Assembly: GCF_009914755.1 (NCBI RefSeq)
Contig: NC_060925.1
DNA length: 64,000 nucleotides
Source of the DNA: the human T2T-CHM13v2.0 reference genome, Homo sapiens
Reading direction: 5' to 3' (one strand)
Shown here: positions 27,951 through 42,677 of the stretch, in pieces
How the letters are laid out: each line of letters starts with the position of its first letter
Position numbering within the stretch: the first letter of the stretch is position 1
Position numbers and translations under genes: made by a program
Notes under the pieces: model-generated
Databases searched by the model: none
What the model was told of the DNA's origin: nothing
Seen by the model: only the letters and a program-made list of their open reading frames with translations

Positions 27951-28635
27951 TGTTTTAGTTATATATTGTTCTGTAAACTACCCCTGAATTTAGTGGCTTA
28001 AAACAACAACAAGCATTTATTATTCTCACAGTTTCTGTGGGTCAAGAATTTAGGAACAGCTTAGTTGGGTGGTTTGCAGTCAAGATATCAGCCATGGCTG
28101 AAATCAACTGAAGACCTGGCTGCAACTGGAGGACTCAAGGTGGTCCATTCCCATAGCTGGCAAGTTGGTTCTTCTCCATGCTACGCTGTCTATCCTGGGG
28201 CTTCTCCATTGGGCTGCTTGGGTGTTCTCACAACATGGCAACTAGCCTACCCCAGAGAAAGAGCCAAAGAAAAGCTGTCCTTTTTATGACATAGCCTTGG
28301 ATGTCACATGGAATCACTTCCAACACAATGTATTCATTTGAAGCAAGTTATTAAGTCCAGCCCACTTTGGGAGGATGGAGAGAATTACGCTCCAACTTTT
28401 TTTTTTTTTTTAAACAAGGGAAAGCATGAACGCAGTCTCCCACTGCCACACATTATGCAATTGAGTTTCCTACATTTGAGGAAATTGCAGTGGTCAGCAC
28501 ATTTGGAGTGCAATGGATGAGCCTTGCCCTGGGAAAACCACCTTTGTGATCATGGATCATGGTATCTCCCCTCCCAGGTAAGTATAGGCTCCAACTTTTA
28601 AAGGAAAGAATATCAATGGAGTTCCAGACATTACA
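27951..28635 (-). mobile_element. MLT1F/G-like MaLR LTR hosting the U1 retrocopy
   Basis: TTAGTGGCTTAAAACAACAAC..TCTCACAGTTTCTGTGGGTCAAGAATTT...; continues after the U1 insert. Confidence 0.75.
28415..28585 (-). pseudogene. RNU1-74P: U1 snRNA processed pseudogene, full length, with poly(A) and TSD
   Basis: Reverse complement reads ATACTTACCTGGGAGGGGAGATACCATGAT(CCATGAT)CACAAAGGTGGTTTTCCCAGGG...TGCGTTCATGCTTTCCCTTG: 164 nt plus a 7-nt duplication. A-tail at 28397-28411; TSD A(C/G)GCTCCAACTTTT at 28387-28400 and 28586-28599; Sm site mutated. U1 identity is clear; the symbol is from memory of the locus and is less certain. Confidence 0.93.
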
Positions 28636-30574
28636 CAGCATTGTACAGGTGGGCTTTGTAAAAGTCAATGATGTTTATCAATTTAATTTATTTGACATTT
28701 TGCTGCTGAAGACAGATAACTGATTCTGTTTTTCAGTCTCCAAAACTTACAAGAACATGCTTCATGCTATTTTAATAAGACAGAACATTTCAATTATCAG
28801 AATACTTTTGGAGAAAACTGTAGTTGTTTGTGAAACTGTAATTCAAAGGTGGTAAGATAGAACTTTCGTAGGTGACAGGAGGATGACTTTGCAGTTTGCT
28901 TTGTGGCATGTGGAGGTGGGAGGGACAAGAAAGAAACATAAAGAGCGGAGGGTAGAAGCCAAGAGATAGTGGAAAATCACGTGTTCTGTCCTGGTACTCC
29001 TCGCTGCTCTCCAGATTTTTAGTAAAGTTGTTGAGCTCATGTACAAGGCGAGTGGTGCTTTTTTTCAGACTGTGGTGGGGCTAGGCTGTATATCTGGACT
29101 GAGTCGAACCAAACTAAGAAACACATGCAGATATGGAAGACCAACAGAGAGAAGCAAGAGGAAGTAAAGTCAGAGGAGTTTGCAAAATGGGGGTGAGAGG
29201 TAAGGTTGACCATGGTGGGTGGTGAAGGAAGCCTCTCAAAGGCCACGGAATAGACGACTGCAGTCATTTTTAGCTAGGTCTCCAAGGGACAGAGGGACCT
29301 TAGTTGACATGTGGATGGCACTTGATTTCTGGCAATTCTTCTCTTTTGCTGAGTAAACAGCATGATCAGAATATTATTTACTGAATTTCAGCTTTTGATG
29401 CTATTTTAAAATAACATTAGGAAGTAACTATGAAAAATATCTCAAGTTAGAAGAAAATTTTTATTCATTTATTTAGGTTTGGAGTGGCAAGGCGTAGAGC
29501 TTGAAATGTAATTTCACTTACCAGCAACATGTTTACATTGCTGCCTTAATGCTCCCTCTGGAATCAGAATAATCTCCAGCATTTAGGGACCTCCTAGTTT
29601 ATAAATGCTGTGGTCCTTTTTTTTCTGTTTCAGAAGCACACTCTTTTAATCTTATAAAATCCTGGCCAGGAATGAATGAATTATCTAAAACAAACGGTCA
29701 ATGTGACCTTTTATCTTGCTTAATAGTTTGAAAATCTGTTTTGCAAAGCAAAATGACTTTCCTCAAAAAGCTTTTCCTGTATTTGGGGTTATAAACACAT
29801 ATTTTTTGAGAAGACAGTACATTTCCCTGAATTTCGTCTTCTAAAGGCTTAAATAATTTTCATAGTAAAACAAAATTGCCTCAAGTGCTATTACCTCCCT
29901 CTCCTAGACACCCATTAATGTAAAATAAAACTAATCTATAATAAATGCTTGTTCTAAGAACGCTTGGCAGAAGCCAGGTAAAATTTAACATTCTGTACAG
30001 CATTTGGTGACGAAGGACACACTATTATTGTTTTGAAGCATTGCAGAAATTCTTTTTAAGCAAATCTTAGCTTTTAAAATTGAAGCTTAGAATTTTGCTC
30101 AGCCCATTTTGTTTCCTAGGTCCCAGATATTGGGCATCTGCAAACTCAAAATTGATAAAGTTAGGCATACAGAGACAGAATATTTCTAGTTTATAAATAA
30201 AAGCAAGTTTTGCTCAACCCAATAAGAGTACTCCTAAAAAAATTAGTAAAGGAAATAAATAAAAATGTATAATAAATTATTCAATAAAACCAAATCTAAT
30301 GCATCCAAAGAGTTCACAGTCTAAATTCCTGGAGGGAAGAGATGGGTGGGTGGGCTTTAAATCTCAAATGATTTTATTTCTTCCAATCCCTGTATTCATC
30401 TGTGCTTTGCCAAATTCTGCTTTCATGCTTCTTAATGACCTTTCAGCCCCATTTTATAAATGGTCCAGCTGAACATTTTGATCTTATCACCAACTTACTG
30501 CTCCAACCCAGAATGGAAGCCAATCTCTCCCTTTTTCTGGCACCAGTAGTCTCTGTAGGTAACTTTTCTAGAAT

Positions 30575-30828
30575 AGAGGTCAGAAAACGTTTTTTTGTGA
30601 AGGAACGGTTAGTAAACATTTTCAGCTTTGTGAGCCATATGGTCTCTGTTTTGACTATTCAGCTTTGAAGTTGTAGTGAGACAGCAGCCACAGACAATAT
30701 GAAAATGAATGGGCATGGCTGTGTTCCAATAAAACTCTGCACTTGGTCTTAGCCAAAAGGCCGAGAAGTGATTCCAATAAAACTTTATTTACAAAAATAG
30801 ATGGTGGGCTGGATTTGGCCCACAGGCT
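30575..30828 (+). mobile_element. MER58A hAT MITE hosting the U2 fragment
   Basis: GCAGCCACAGACAATATGAAAATGAATGGGCATGGCTGTGTTCCAATAAAACTTTATTTACAAAAATAGATGGTGGGCTGGATTTGGCCCAC. Confidence 0.85.
30737..30772 (-). pseudogene. 3'-truncated tailless U2 snRNA retrocopy (nt 1-36)
   Basis: Reverse complement ATCACTTCTCGGCCTTTTGGCTAAGACCAAGTGCAG versus U2 ATCGCTTCTCGGCCTTTTGGCTAAGATCAAGTGTAG (33/36). TSD TTCCAATAAAACT at 30724-30736 and 30772-30784; no poly(A). Confidence 0.92.
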
Positions 30829-30830
30829 GA

Positions 30831-31268
30831 TGTGAAAGTTGTCAGAATCAAAATAGAGTCACTTGTGACAACTGGAACTGGGAAAGGCCATAATCGGGGA
30901 TTTCTCAAGCTTGTATGCCTGATAATAAGAACTATCACAAACAAACTCTGCAAAAAAGCACAACCTTGCACAAAGGCCACCAAAACCTTACAGAGAAAAT
31001 ACTTCTGCAAGGACATCTGTCCAGCAACTGCTTGTCCAACCTTGGACTGACACCACCCTTGTTATTGATCCTTACAGCCAAGGATAATTGATTCAAAACA
31101 ACTTATGTAATTCTTTTCATTTTGCCTTCAAAAACTGTCCCTTGCCTCAACCTTCCTGATGATCTGCATAGTTTACTCTGGCACGTGTATTTCCATTGCA
31201 AAGCCATTCCCAAGTAAATATCATTTTCTTTTAGAGTCTCCTTCTCAGTCTGTTATGAAGGTTTGACA
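30831..31268 (+). mobile_element. MER65-like ERV1 solo LTR
   Basis: Starts TGTGAAAGTTGTCAGAATCAAAATAGAGTCACT, ends GGTTTGACA; flanks CTGA/CTGC. Confidence 0.8.
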
Positions 31269-31948
31269 CTGCATGTCCTACAGCATGTCCCCATTTGGTT
31301 TGACCTAGGAGCTGGAGGAACTATTCCATGGTGAGGAGAGAGAGAAAGCCCAGCTGTCTTCACGAAGCCATGGATGTTTCTCCTCTCTCTCCCATCATCC
31401 TCCTCCTCATCCCACTCTGAGTTTTCTGCTCATGTTGATTGTGGAGGAGCATGGTAGAATGGAGGTTCAGTGAGGGGAGCAGAATTGATTGGAATATCTC
31501 TCAGAGAGCCCTCCTGTAGATGACACCAGCTCCACTGTTTGCAATTCTTTGGGAGTGCAGGGAACTGGAGGCTCCTTTCTGTCAGTTTTAGACCCAAGCC
31601 TTGAGCATAAAAGAGCCCTGCTCTACCTTCTGTGACATTCTTTACCACCGGGTTTTATTCCGTGGATCAGTGATTGTAAGGATGGATACAGTTCAGGAAT
31701 ATAGAAATACAGTAGTAGTTCATCAGTGACAGCTGTTCGTTGACATTGTCCCAATCTCCGTCTGTCACATTCTTGACAAAATTCCAGGACTTTCTACACA
31801 TTCTAGTGTTGCCTAAAATACGAAGTGTTTAAAAATGTTGTTCATGTTTCTTTTGCTTTACTGAGATAGAGGTTTTTTTTTTTTTTTGTCGTTGTTGTTG
31901 TTCTTTTGTTTGTTTGTTTAATTTTTGTATGTTTTCAGTTAACTTTAG

Positions 31949-32191
<243 letters not shown>

Positions 32192-33941
32192 TGACATTTT
32201 TGAGTCTTCTCTTCTATCCCTTCTGACCCTTAATGAGCATTCTTCTCTTCCTTAATCTGTTTTATTTCAAATACTTTATTTTTATGGCCTCCATAATAAC
32301 ACCTATTAGAGTACTTTTGTGATTGTACTTTCTCTAAAGGCATATTTTCCCATCAGCCTAAGAATAACTTCCTTTAGAAATGATTCTTTCCCTTCTCCTG
32401 TCTCACTTGGATGTATCCCATGGCCTCACCTGCTGACCCTGGATGCTCTGCTCTCCTCCTTGACTTAAATGAATTTTCAGCTCCTGCTATAAGCCACACT
32501 GTTCCACATCCTGGAGCTACAAAGTTGTAGCTTCTGCCTTCAAGGAGCTCACAGTGCAGAGAAGTGAGAAGACAAACATAAAAATAAGCCAGTGACACCA
32601 GGGGCAATTCACTCTCTTTGGTGGACTGTAGACACTCATGTCTGTAAACTGGGCACACTCTCAGTTGTATGGGAAAGGTTTGGGCTGTGGTACATTATTG
32701 CACTCCAAGACAAGGACAGAGGAGTGGCACCTCTTAAACATGGAATACAGTTTAAGCCAAGGTACTGTTAACTTGTGGCTCATGGTTCAAACCATTCATA
32801 CCATGGTCATGAAATGTACTCACCCTCCCACCCCACCAAAAGGGCAAAGCTCTCTTGCTATGGGGCTATGCTGCCCCTGTTGGGCCCACTGCAATGAAGA
32901 ATTTAAATGGAAAATGATCAGGGTCATGTTGTTCCTAACAGATTCCAGATTCTTCTGATTACCCTATACTAGATCTTATGGGGGAAAAACCCAAAGATCC
33001 TGCCTTCAAATTGCATATGGTCTGTTTAGTAGAAAGGATAGTGAGGAGACACAGAGAAGAAACAACCAAATAATTTCTATAGAACAACATATCAGTCAGC
33101 ACAAATGAGTCTAGCAGAGTGCCCACTGAGAGAACACAGAAGATGAGAGAATAAACAAAGATGGTCGTGGTTGCCTTCCAAAGGAGGAGAGTTTTGAGAA
33201 TTTAATTTGTTTCCAATCTTTGCTATTATAAGATATATATTATGATGAACCTGTTGATTCATAAATCTCTTACTATATTTTGGATAATTTTCTCAGGACA
33301 AATGCTCCCAAATAGAATTACTAAGTTAAACAGATATCAAGGAAATAAACATTTTTAAAGAGATTTTGATATATTGCCAGATAGATTCCAATTGCTGTCT
33401 AGAAAGATTATATAAATGTATGCTCCTCACCCCCCAGCAGTGTATAAGCGTATCCATCTCACAAAAACTTGGAAGCATCAATAATTACGATTTTTTAAAA
33501 TCTCTAATAAAGCAAGTGAAAATATCTAATTTTTTTCTATGCATTTCCTTTGTACTAGTGATGTTGAACATTTTATCGTATGTTTATGAGTCATTGTTGT
33601 ATCCTCTTTTACCAGCTAGCTGTCTTTTTTGTCTTTTGCTCCATGGATCCTCTGTAGATGAGTCATATAATAGCAGTAGAACAGCATCCAAATCAATATG
33701 CTAGGTTATTTTGTAACTTTAGACTGATAAGGCATTCAGAGTTGAAAGGTGTGGTTCTTAATACAGCTCAAGGAAGTTATGTCCAGATAAACACTCTCAG
33801 GTCAGGAGACAATTCCGTAAGGAGTATGTTAGAGTTCTACTAGAAACACAGCGAGGGTTACAAGTATCAGCTGCTGCCTGAGGTATGTATATATGTTATC
33901 CCCAATTTTGACCAAAACATTTGATGAATAAAGGGGAACAG

Positions 33942-34983
<1,042 letters not shown>

Positions 34984-36085
34984 GACTAGTAGAATCAACA
35001 AAGTGCATTCTAGTATAAAATGATACAGGTCTGTATGCAATTGTGGTTGAGCTCATCTTGCAATCTCAATTTGGAGGAAAAAAAGGAAGAATTTGGAATT
35101 GATTTCTTAGCCTCATAACATATTAAAACTGGGTACATTTTTACAAACTTAGCTTCCTGCCAAATCTTGAAATTAGCCTAGATTAACAATTAAGTTAGTT
35201 TTCTAGATATTTAGATTTTCCCATTGAAGATATACAGATGTGAAAAATATTTATTTTTTATTTTGTAGAACAAAAGAAGAAAAATGTGTTTGGATTACCA
35301 GATCCCTGACCCTCTGTGTTTGCTGTTGTTGATTATTAAGGCATTTTCATATAGGCTTAGATTATTTAAATATCACAGCTATATGCATAAGTATCAGTCA
35401 TAGTTCTGCTTTTTTCTTATTAATAATTTTTAATTAAAAGAAATATAGAATTTAGCATGAAAAAACAAAAGGATGTAGAGTCTAGGCAGAAAATATCTCT
35501 AAGGGTCATGAAATGCGACATTGTAGAAACAAATCTAACACACACAAAAATGAGTATGTGGAAATGAGTTTTAGAATATGGCATATGATTCAGGTTCTTC
35601 TTCTGACTTTGTCTGATGGGGTGACATCAAAAGGTGATCGTTTTAATATTTCGTCATCTCTGCATTTATTTTGTTTTGTATATTTTAACAAGTGCTTTCA
35701 GGCTGCAGGTATCTGTTGGAAATATTTAGCTCTCTTCCAGCTAAATGAATAAATAATGATGCTATGCCCTTTGCATTCAAATGAAAGGTTTTAAACCACT
35801 CTCAGTAGGGTCTGGCTTTGAGTCATTTGGCCAAGGAAAATGACAGGTTCTAATATGGAACACTTCATACTGTCTTTGAAAAACCCATGAATGTCAAGAA
35901 AGTGGCTCAGGATTTACTGTGGAGGAGGGCTGTGTGTGATGCAGGAAAGGCCGTGAGAAAGGACAAAGAGATTAGGGCTCATGGTCATCTGTATTGGCTC
36001 CATTTCCGATGTGTTCTAATATTGGAATCCTGTGCAAAGTTTGTTTGAAAATAGATATATGATTTTGCAAAAAAAAAAATTGGGG

Positions 36086-37990
<1,905 letters not shown>

Positions 37991-37996
37991 TCATTT

Positions 37997-38375
37997 TGTA
38001 TTAGTCCGTTCTCACATTGCTATAAGAAAATAACTGAGACTGGGTAATTTATAAAGAAAAGAGGTCTAATTGGCTCAAGGTTCTACAGGCTGTACAGGAA
38101 GCATGATGCTGGCATCTGCTCAGCTTCTGGGGAGCCTCAGGAAACTTACATTTCTGGCGGAAGGTGAAGCGGGAGTAGGCATTGCTTACATGGGAGGAGC
38201 AGGAGCAAAGGGGCGGGGGGAAGTGCTCCACACTTTTAGACAACCAGATCTTTTGATAAGTCACACTCACTATCACAAGAATGGCACCGAGGGGATGGTG
38301 TTAAACCATTCATGAAGAACAACCAAGAACAACCCCCATGATCCAATCACCTCCCACCAGGCCCCACCTCCAACG
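37997..38375 (-). mobile_element. MSTA-like MaLR LTR
   Basis: TGTATTAGTCCGTTCTCACATTGCTATAAG...CCATGATCCAATCACCTCCCACCAGGCCCCACCTCCAAC. Confidence 0.88.
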
Positions 38376-38795
38376 TGAGATTCAGACATGCCCCACTGTT
38401 AAAAACCCCCACGGATGTGCAGTTGGTTTCAGGATGAGTGTAAACTCTTTAGCATGTATTAAATCCTTCACAGATATTCAAGGTCGTTTCTGATCATTAC
38501 TAGTTATGTACCATAGGTTCCAGCCTCCCTGTCTGTTCACTATTCTCTGGACACCCATCATCCTTCAAGCCTCTCTACATTTGCACATGTTGCTACTTTG
38601 TTTAAAATAGTCTTCCTTCTCTTTCTATCTGAAAAATTTCTGCTTATCCCTGTCAGAACCAAAGCTGAAGTTTCCCACCATAGCAAGCCATTCCTTCTAG
38701 TCCATTTAAAGTCATATGATCCTGTGCTGTAATTATCTGCTGACAAGTTTATTTCTCTGCTGGACAGTGAGCAGCTTGATGGTCTTACTCACCAG

Positions 38796-39107
38796 TTTTT
38801 TTTTTTTTTTTTTTTTTTTTTTGGAGACAGGGTCTTGCTCTGTCGCCCTGGCTGGAAAGCAGTGGTGTGATCACAGCTCACTCTAACCTTGAATTCCTGG
38901 GATCAAGCAATCCTCCCACTTCAGCCTCGCAAGTAGCTAAGACTTCAGGGATACATCACCATGCCCAGCTAATTTTTGTTTTTTACTTTTGTAGAAGCAG
39001 GGTCTTGATATGTCACCCAGGCTGGTCTGGAACTCTGGACCTCAAGGAATCCTCCTGCAGTGTCTCCCAAAGTGTTGGGATTACAGGCATGAGCCACCTT
39101 GCCTGGC
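38796..39107 (-). mobile_element. AluJ
   Basis: Poly(T), GAGACAGGGTCTTGCTCTG, GATCACAGCTCAC, ends GAGCCACCTTGCCTGGC. Confidence 0.92.
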
Positions 39108-40415
39108 GCTGATCTTACCTTTGATCCTCAGCTCCTAATAAAGGGCCTGGGATGAGTAGAAACTCAATAAATGTGACCAAATTAACAAAGGAAACAGATG
39201 GAGGATGGCATACAAAAGAAAACATGCCATACCTGCACATTTTTAAATGTTTTCCCTAAATGTTTTTATTTCCTTTTATGATAAAGTCAGAAGGAAATAA
39301 AACAGGGCCGGGTCACTAAAGATTGTACAGTTCATTTTCATTCCTGGGTTTTTCCAGCAAGAGCAAGATTATGGTTCTCCTATTGGGCTGCATCTGCATT
39401 TAGTTTGAATTGTCCTGTTTTCAGCAATACATATGATGATTAACTGCTAGAATTCAATAATGGGCAGTAAGATTAAGTGACGATGGAAGATTAATTTAAA
39501 TACAGTCTGAGGTTAAGTGAGGAAAAGCAAGTATTTTATTTTTGTCAAAATTTGAAGTATTATTAATGCTGGGATCAGTGGTATAACTAGAAATAATAGA
39601 TTAAAATTAAGAAAGGAAAATTTTTAGAGAAAGATAAAAAGTCTCTAGACAGTGAGACCTACTAGACTGTGAAATAGGCTTTCAAGTAAAGTGATGGAAC
39701 ACAATCCCTGGAGACATTCTAAATAAAGGAACAATGGACTAGAAAGTGTTTTGCAGCGAGGAATTCTGCATTGATGACTGGAGCTAGAAGGGGGCAGGGA
39801 AATGGGACGATGACCAGATGTGGCCCATGGCAAGGCCGTGCATTGTGAAGGGAAGAGGAGGGTCTGAGATCCGGGAGCCCTGCAGAGAGTTTGCTGAAGA
39901 GTGAAGAAAGGACGGCGTTAGTAATGGGATGAGGGATACTGGAGTCCGAATTAACATAGCACACAGAGAGATATTCAGGTTGGTAGAAAAGGCTAGCTAG
40001 ATCCAAACACTGACAAAGAAAAAGAAGCTTGGATGGAGAGAGTAGATCTCGCTCAGAGGATCTTGATAGATTAGAAGCATTTAATCCTGACATAATTGGT
40101 AGCAGGAATAAAGTGCAGACTATTGAACTTGGAATTAGCCCTGTGCAATAGAATACTTATAGTCACTTATAGTCTCTCTCCTTATGGAAGGCAGGTGTAA
40201 GGTGGGGATGGGGCAAGGAAGCCCTGCATCTGATAGAGAATGGATATTTGCCGAATATTTGTTGAATGAAGGAAAGAATGACTGGATAAAAGTCACATAA
40301 TCAAAGTACAGTTGTAAAAAAGATTAGTTTTACAGTCAGGTGCAGGACAGATTAGAAGAGAGAGAAGCTAGAGATAGCACAACCATGGAGAAGCCTCTTG
40401 GAGCATGATATAGAG

Positions 40416-40963
40416 CACTGGCTTTCAAACTTCCTGTCCCAGTAAGAGATAAATGGCGGGGCATCATATCTTTCTCACATCTGTAATCCCAGCACTTTGA
40501 GAGGCTGGGGTGGGAGTGCCACTTGAGGCCAGGAGTTTGAGACCAGCCCTGGCAACATAGTAAGACCCTGTCTCTACAAAAAATTAAAAAAAAAAAAAAA
40601 GAAAGAAAGCCGGGAATGGTGGCTTGTTCCTGTGGTCCTAGCTACTCAGGAGGCTGAGGTGGGAGGATCACTTGAGTCCAGGAGGTCAAGGCTGCAGTGA
40701 GCTATGATTGCGCTAATGCACTCTAGCCTGGGTAACAGAGACCCTGTCTCAAAAAAATTTTTTAAATAAAAAAAAAGTTATATTGTGACTCAGTGTACAC
40801 ATACACATGCCCACATACACAAGTATGTCACAAAGCAATACATTCACTATTGAGTAAGGAATGATATGAATGTTTTTTGTATTCTATTTTTTTTTAATGC
40901 TGGCTGGAACATACTAAATTGACTTTATAACTGGCTAATGTAAATGCAGTTTGAAAAGCATTG
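40416..40963. mobile_element. MER112-like hAT MITE interrupted by an AluJ
   Basis: CACTGGCTTTCAAACTT..CAGTAAGAGATAAAT ... TAATGCTGG..ACTAAATTGACTTTATAAC..GCAGTTTGAAAAGCATTG. Confidence 0.65.
40455..40776 (+). mobile_element. AluJ
   Basis: CTTGAGGCCAGGAGTTTGAGACCAGCC, GGAGGTCAAGGCTGCAGTGAGCTATGATTG. Confidence 0.92.
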
Positions 40964-41037
40964 ATCTGAAAATAAATAACCAATTACTATAATCAAATGA
41001 GACACAATAAACAGGATACTTTTTGAAGACATATTGA

Positions 41038-41349
<312 letters not shown>

Positions 41350-42469
41350 GCTTAAAGTGGGAAATTCCCAGCAGCTGACCAGTCATTTAGACCAGGGAGA
41401 TGCGGTTAGTCATACGGAGGAAAGGTGCAGTGACCTCAGATACACTGTGAAAATTCTCCTTTCGAACCTGCCAGAGCCTTTGTTATACTTATATATCCCT
41501 CAACACAGAAAACTCAGAGCACTTTTAGGAAACTTACTGGGGACTCTAGGTGTGGGAATCAGTTAAATACCCAATGGGTTGTTTTGATAATTCAGATTAA
41601 TGTCAACATATGACACAAAGCTCAAAACAAAGTTATTATTATTATTATTTTGGTAGAAAATAAGTCATGGGCCTTCTAATCTAGGACAGAATTGAATTGA
41701 ATTTTAAGGTTAAATATTAATCCCACCAAGTTTTCATCTTCCCAATTTTTTTCTCAATGACACAGATTCATCTTATTTTTACAATTCCTTCCAGTCCAAA
41801 TCTCTTGGATAAAGATGTTTGTAAGTTGTTCTAATTTCTGTTGCTCTTCCCACTGGCAGACAGAAAACTGTTTTGCTGTCTGAGCTTCCCAATAGGACCG
41901 TTGATCTAATTCTCCCTTCATTTCTTAATAGGTTTCGAATGATCCTCTCTGGTATTCATTTCTCTCCCGACACACCAGTAAAAGGCCATCTTTCTTCCCT
42001 TGACTCTGGCTGACAGTAATATATTCTTTTCTTTTCTTGGCCTTAATTGACATTGTTTGTACTCACAGGGATCTCTTATCCCTCTTCCTTCCTGGTAGTT
42101 TAAAAAACCCACCTATATTCACGCCTCATTCGTCTGAAAGCATTCCCTCGAGAAGCTTTGTTGGCAGTTACTTGGTCTTTTGGAAGTTCTTTTTAAATCT
42201 TGGCCTCCCCTCTGAGTCTTAATTACGTGTTTCTGAAAATTCTTCAGCTTTCTCAAAGACTTGTGGAGAGCAATGTAATGGAGTTTCAATTAATGGATCC
42301 TCTAGGAAAGAAGACCTTTATAATCCACTGTGTTTGTATTTTTAAAAAGGCAAAACAAAATAATCTTTATAAACTGGTACACGGTGTTGGTTTGCTATCT
42401 AGGCTCAAGGAAGATAGATTGCCCTTTGCTACCATTCTTGAAAAAGTGGAGAGAGAGAGTGGATCCTTG

Positions 42470-42677
42470 TGAGGTGGAGCTAAAGGCACCTGAGTTTAGA
42501 GGTGGACACATCTGGGTTTTAGTACCGGGTCTGCCACTAATTTGCTTTGTGACTTTGGGCTGGGTGTTTAGTCCCTCTGAGCCTTAGTTTCCCCATCAGT
42601 AAAATAAGTGTAACACTATTTACTTTAGTAAAATAATGGATTAGATAGGAGGATGTATATTAAGTGCCTAGGACAGT
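42470..42677 (+). mobile_element. MIR
   Basis: CTGCCACTAATTTGCTTTGTGACTTTGGGC..CCTCTGAGCCTTAGTTTCCCCATCAGTAAAAT. Confidence 0.75.

Noticed and set aside
28415-28585. Functional variant U1 snRNA gene
   Set aside because: Poly(A) tail and TSD, insertion inside an LTR, no recognisable snRNA promoter (PSE) or 3' box, mutated Sm site and many CpG-decay substitutions.
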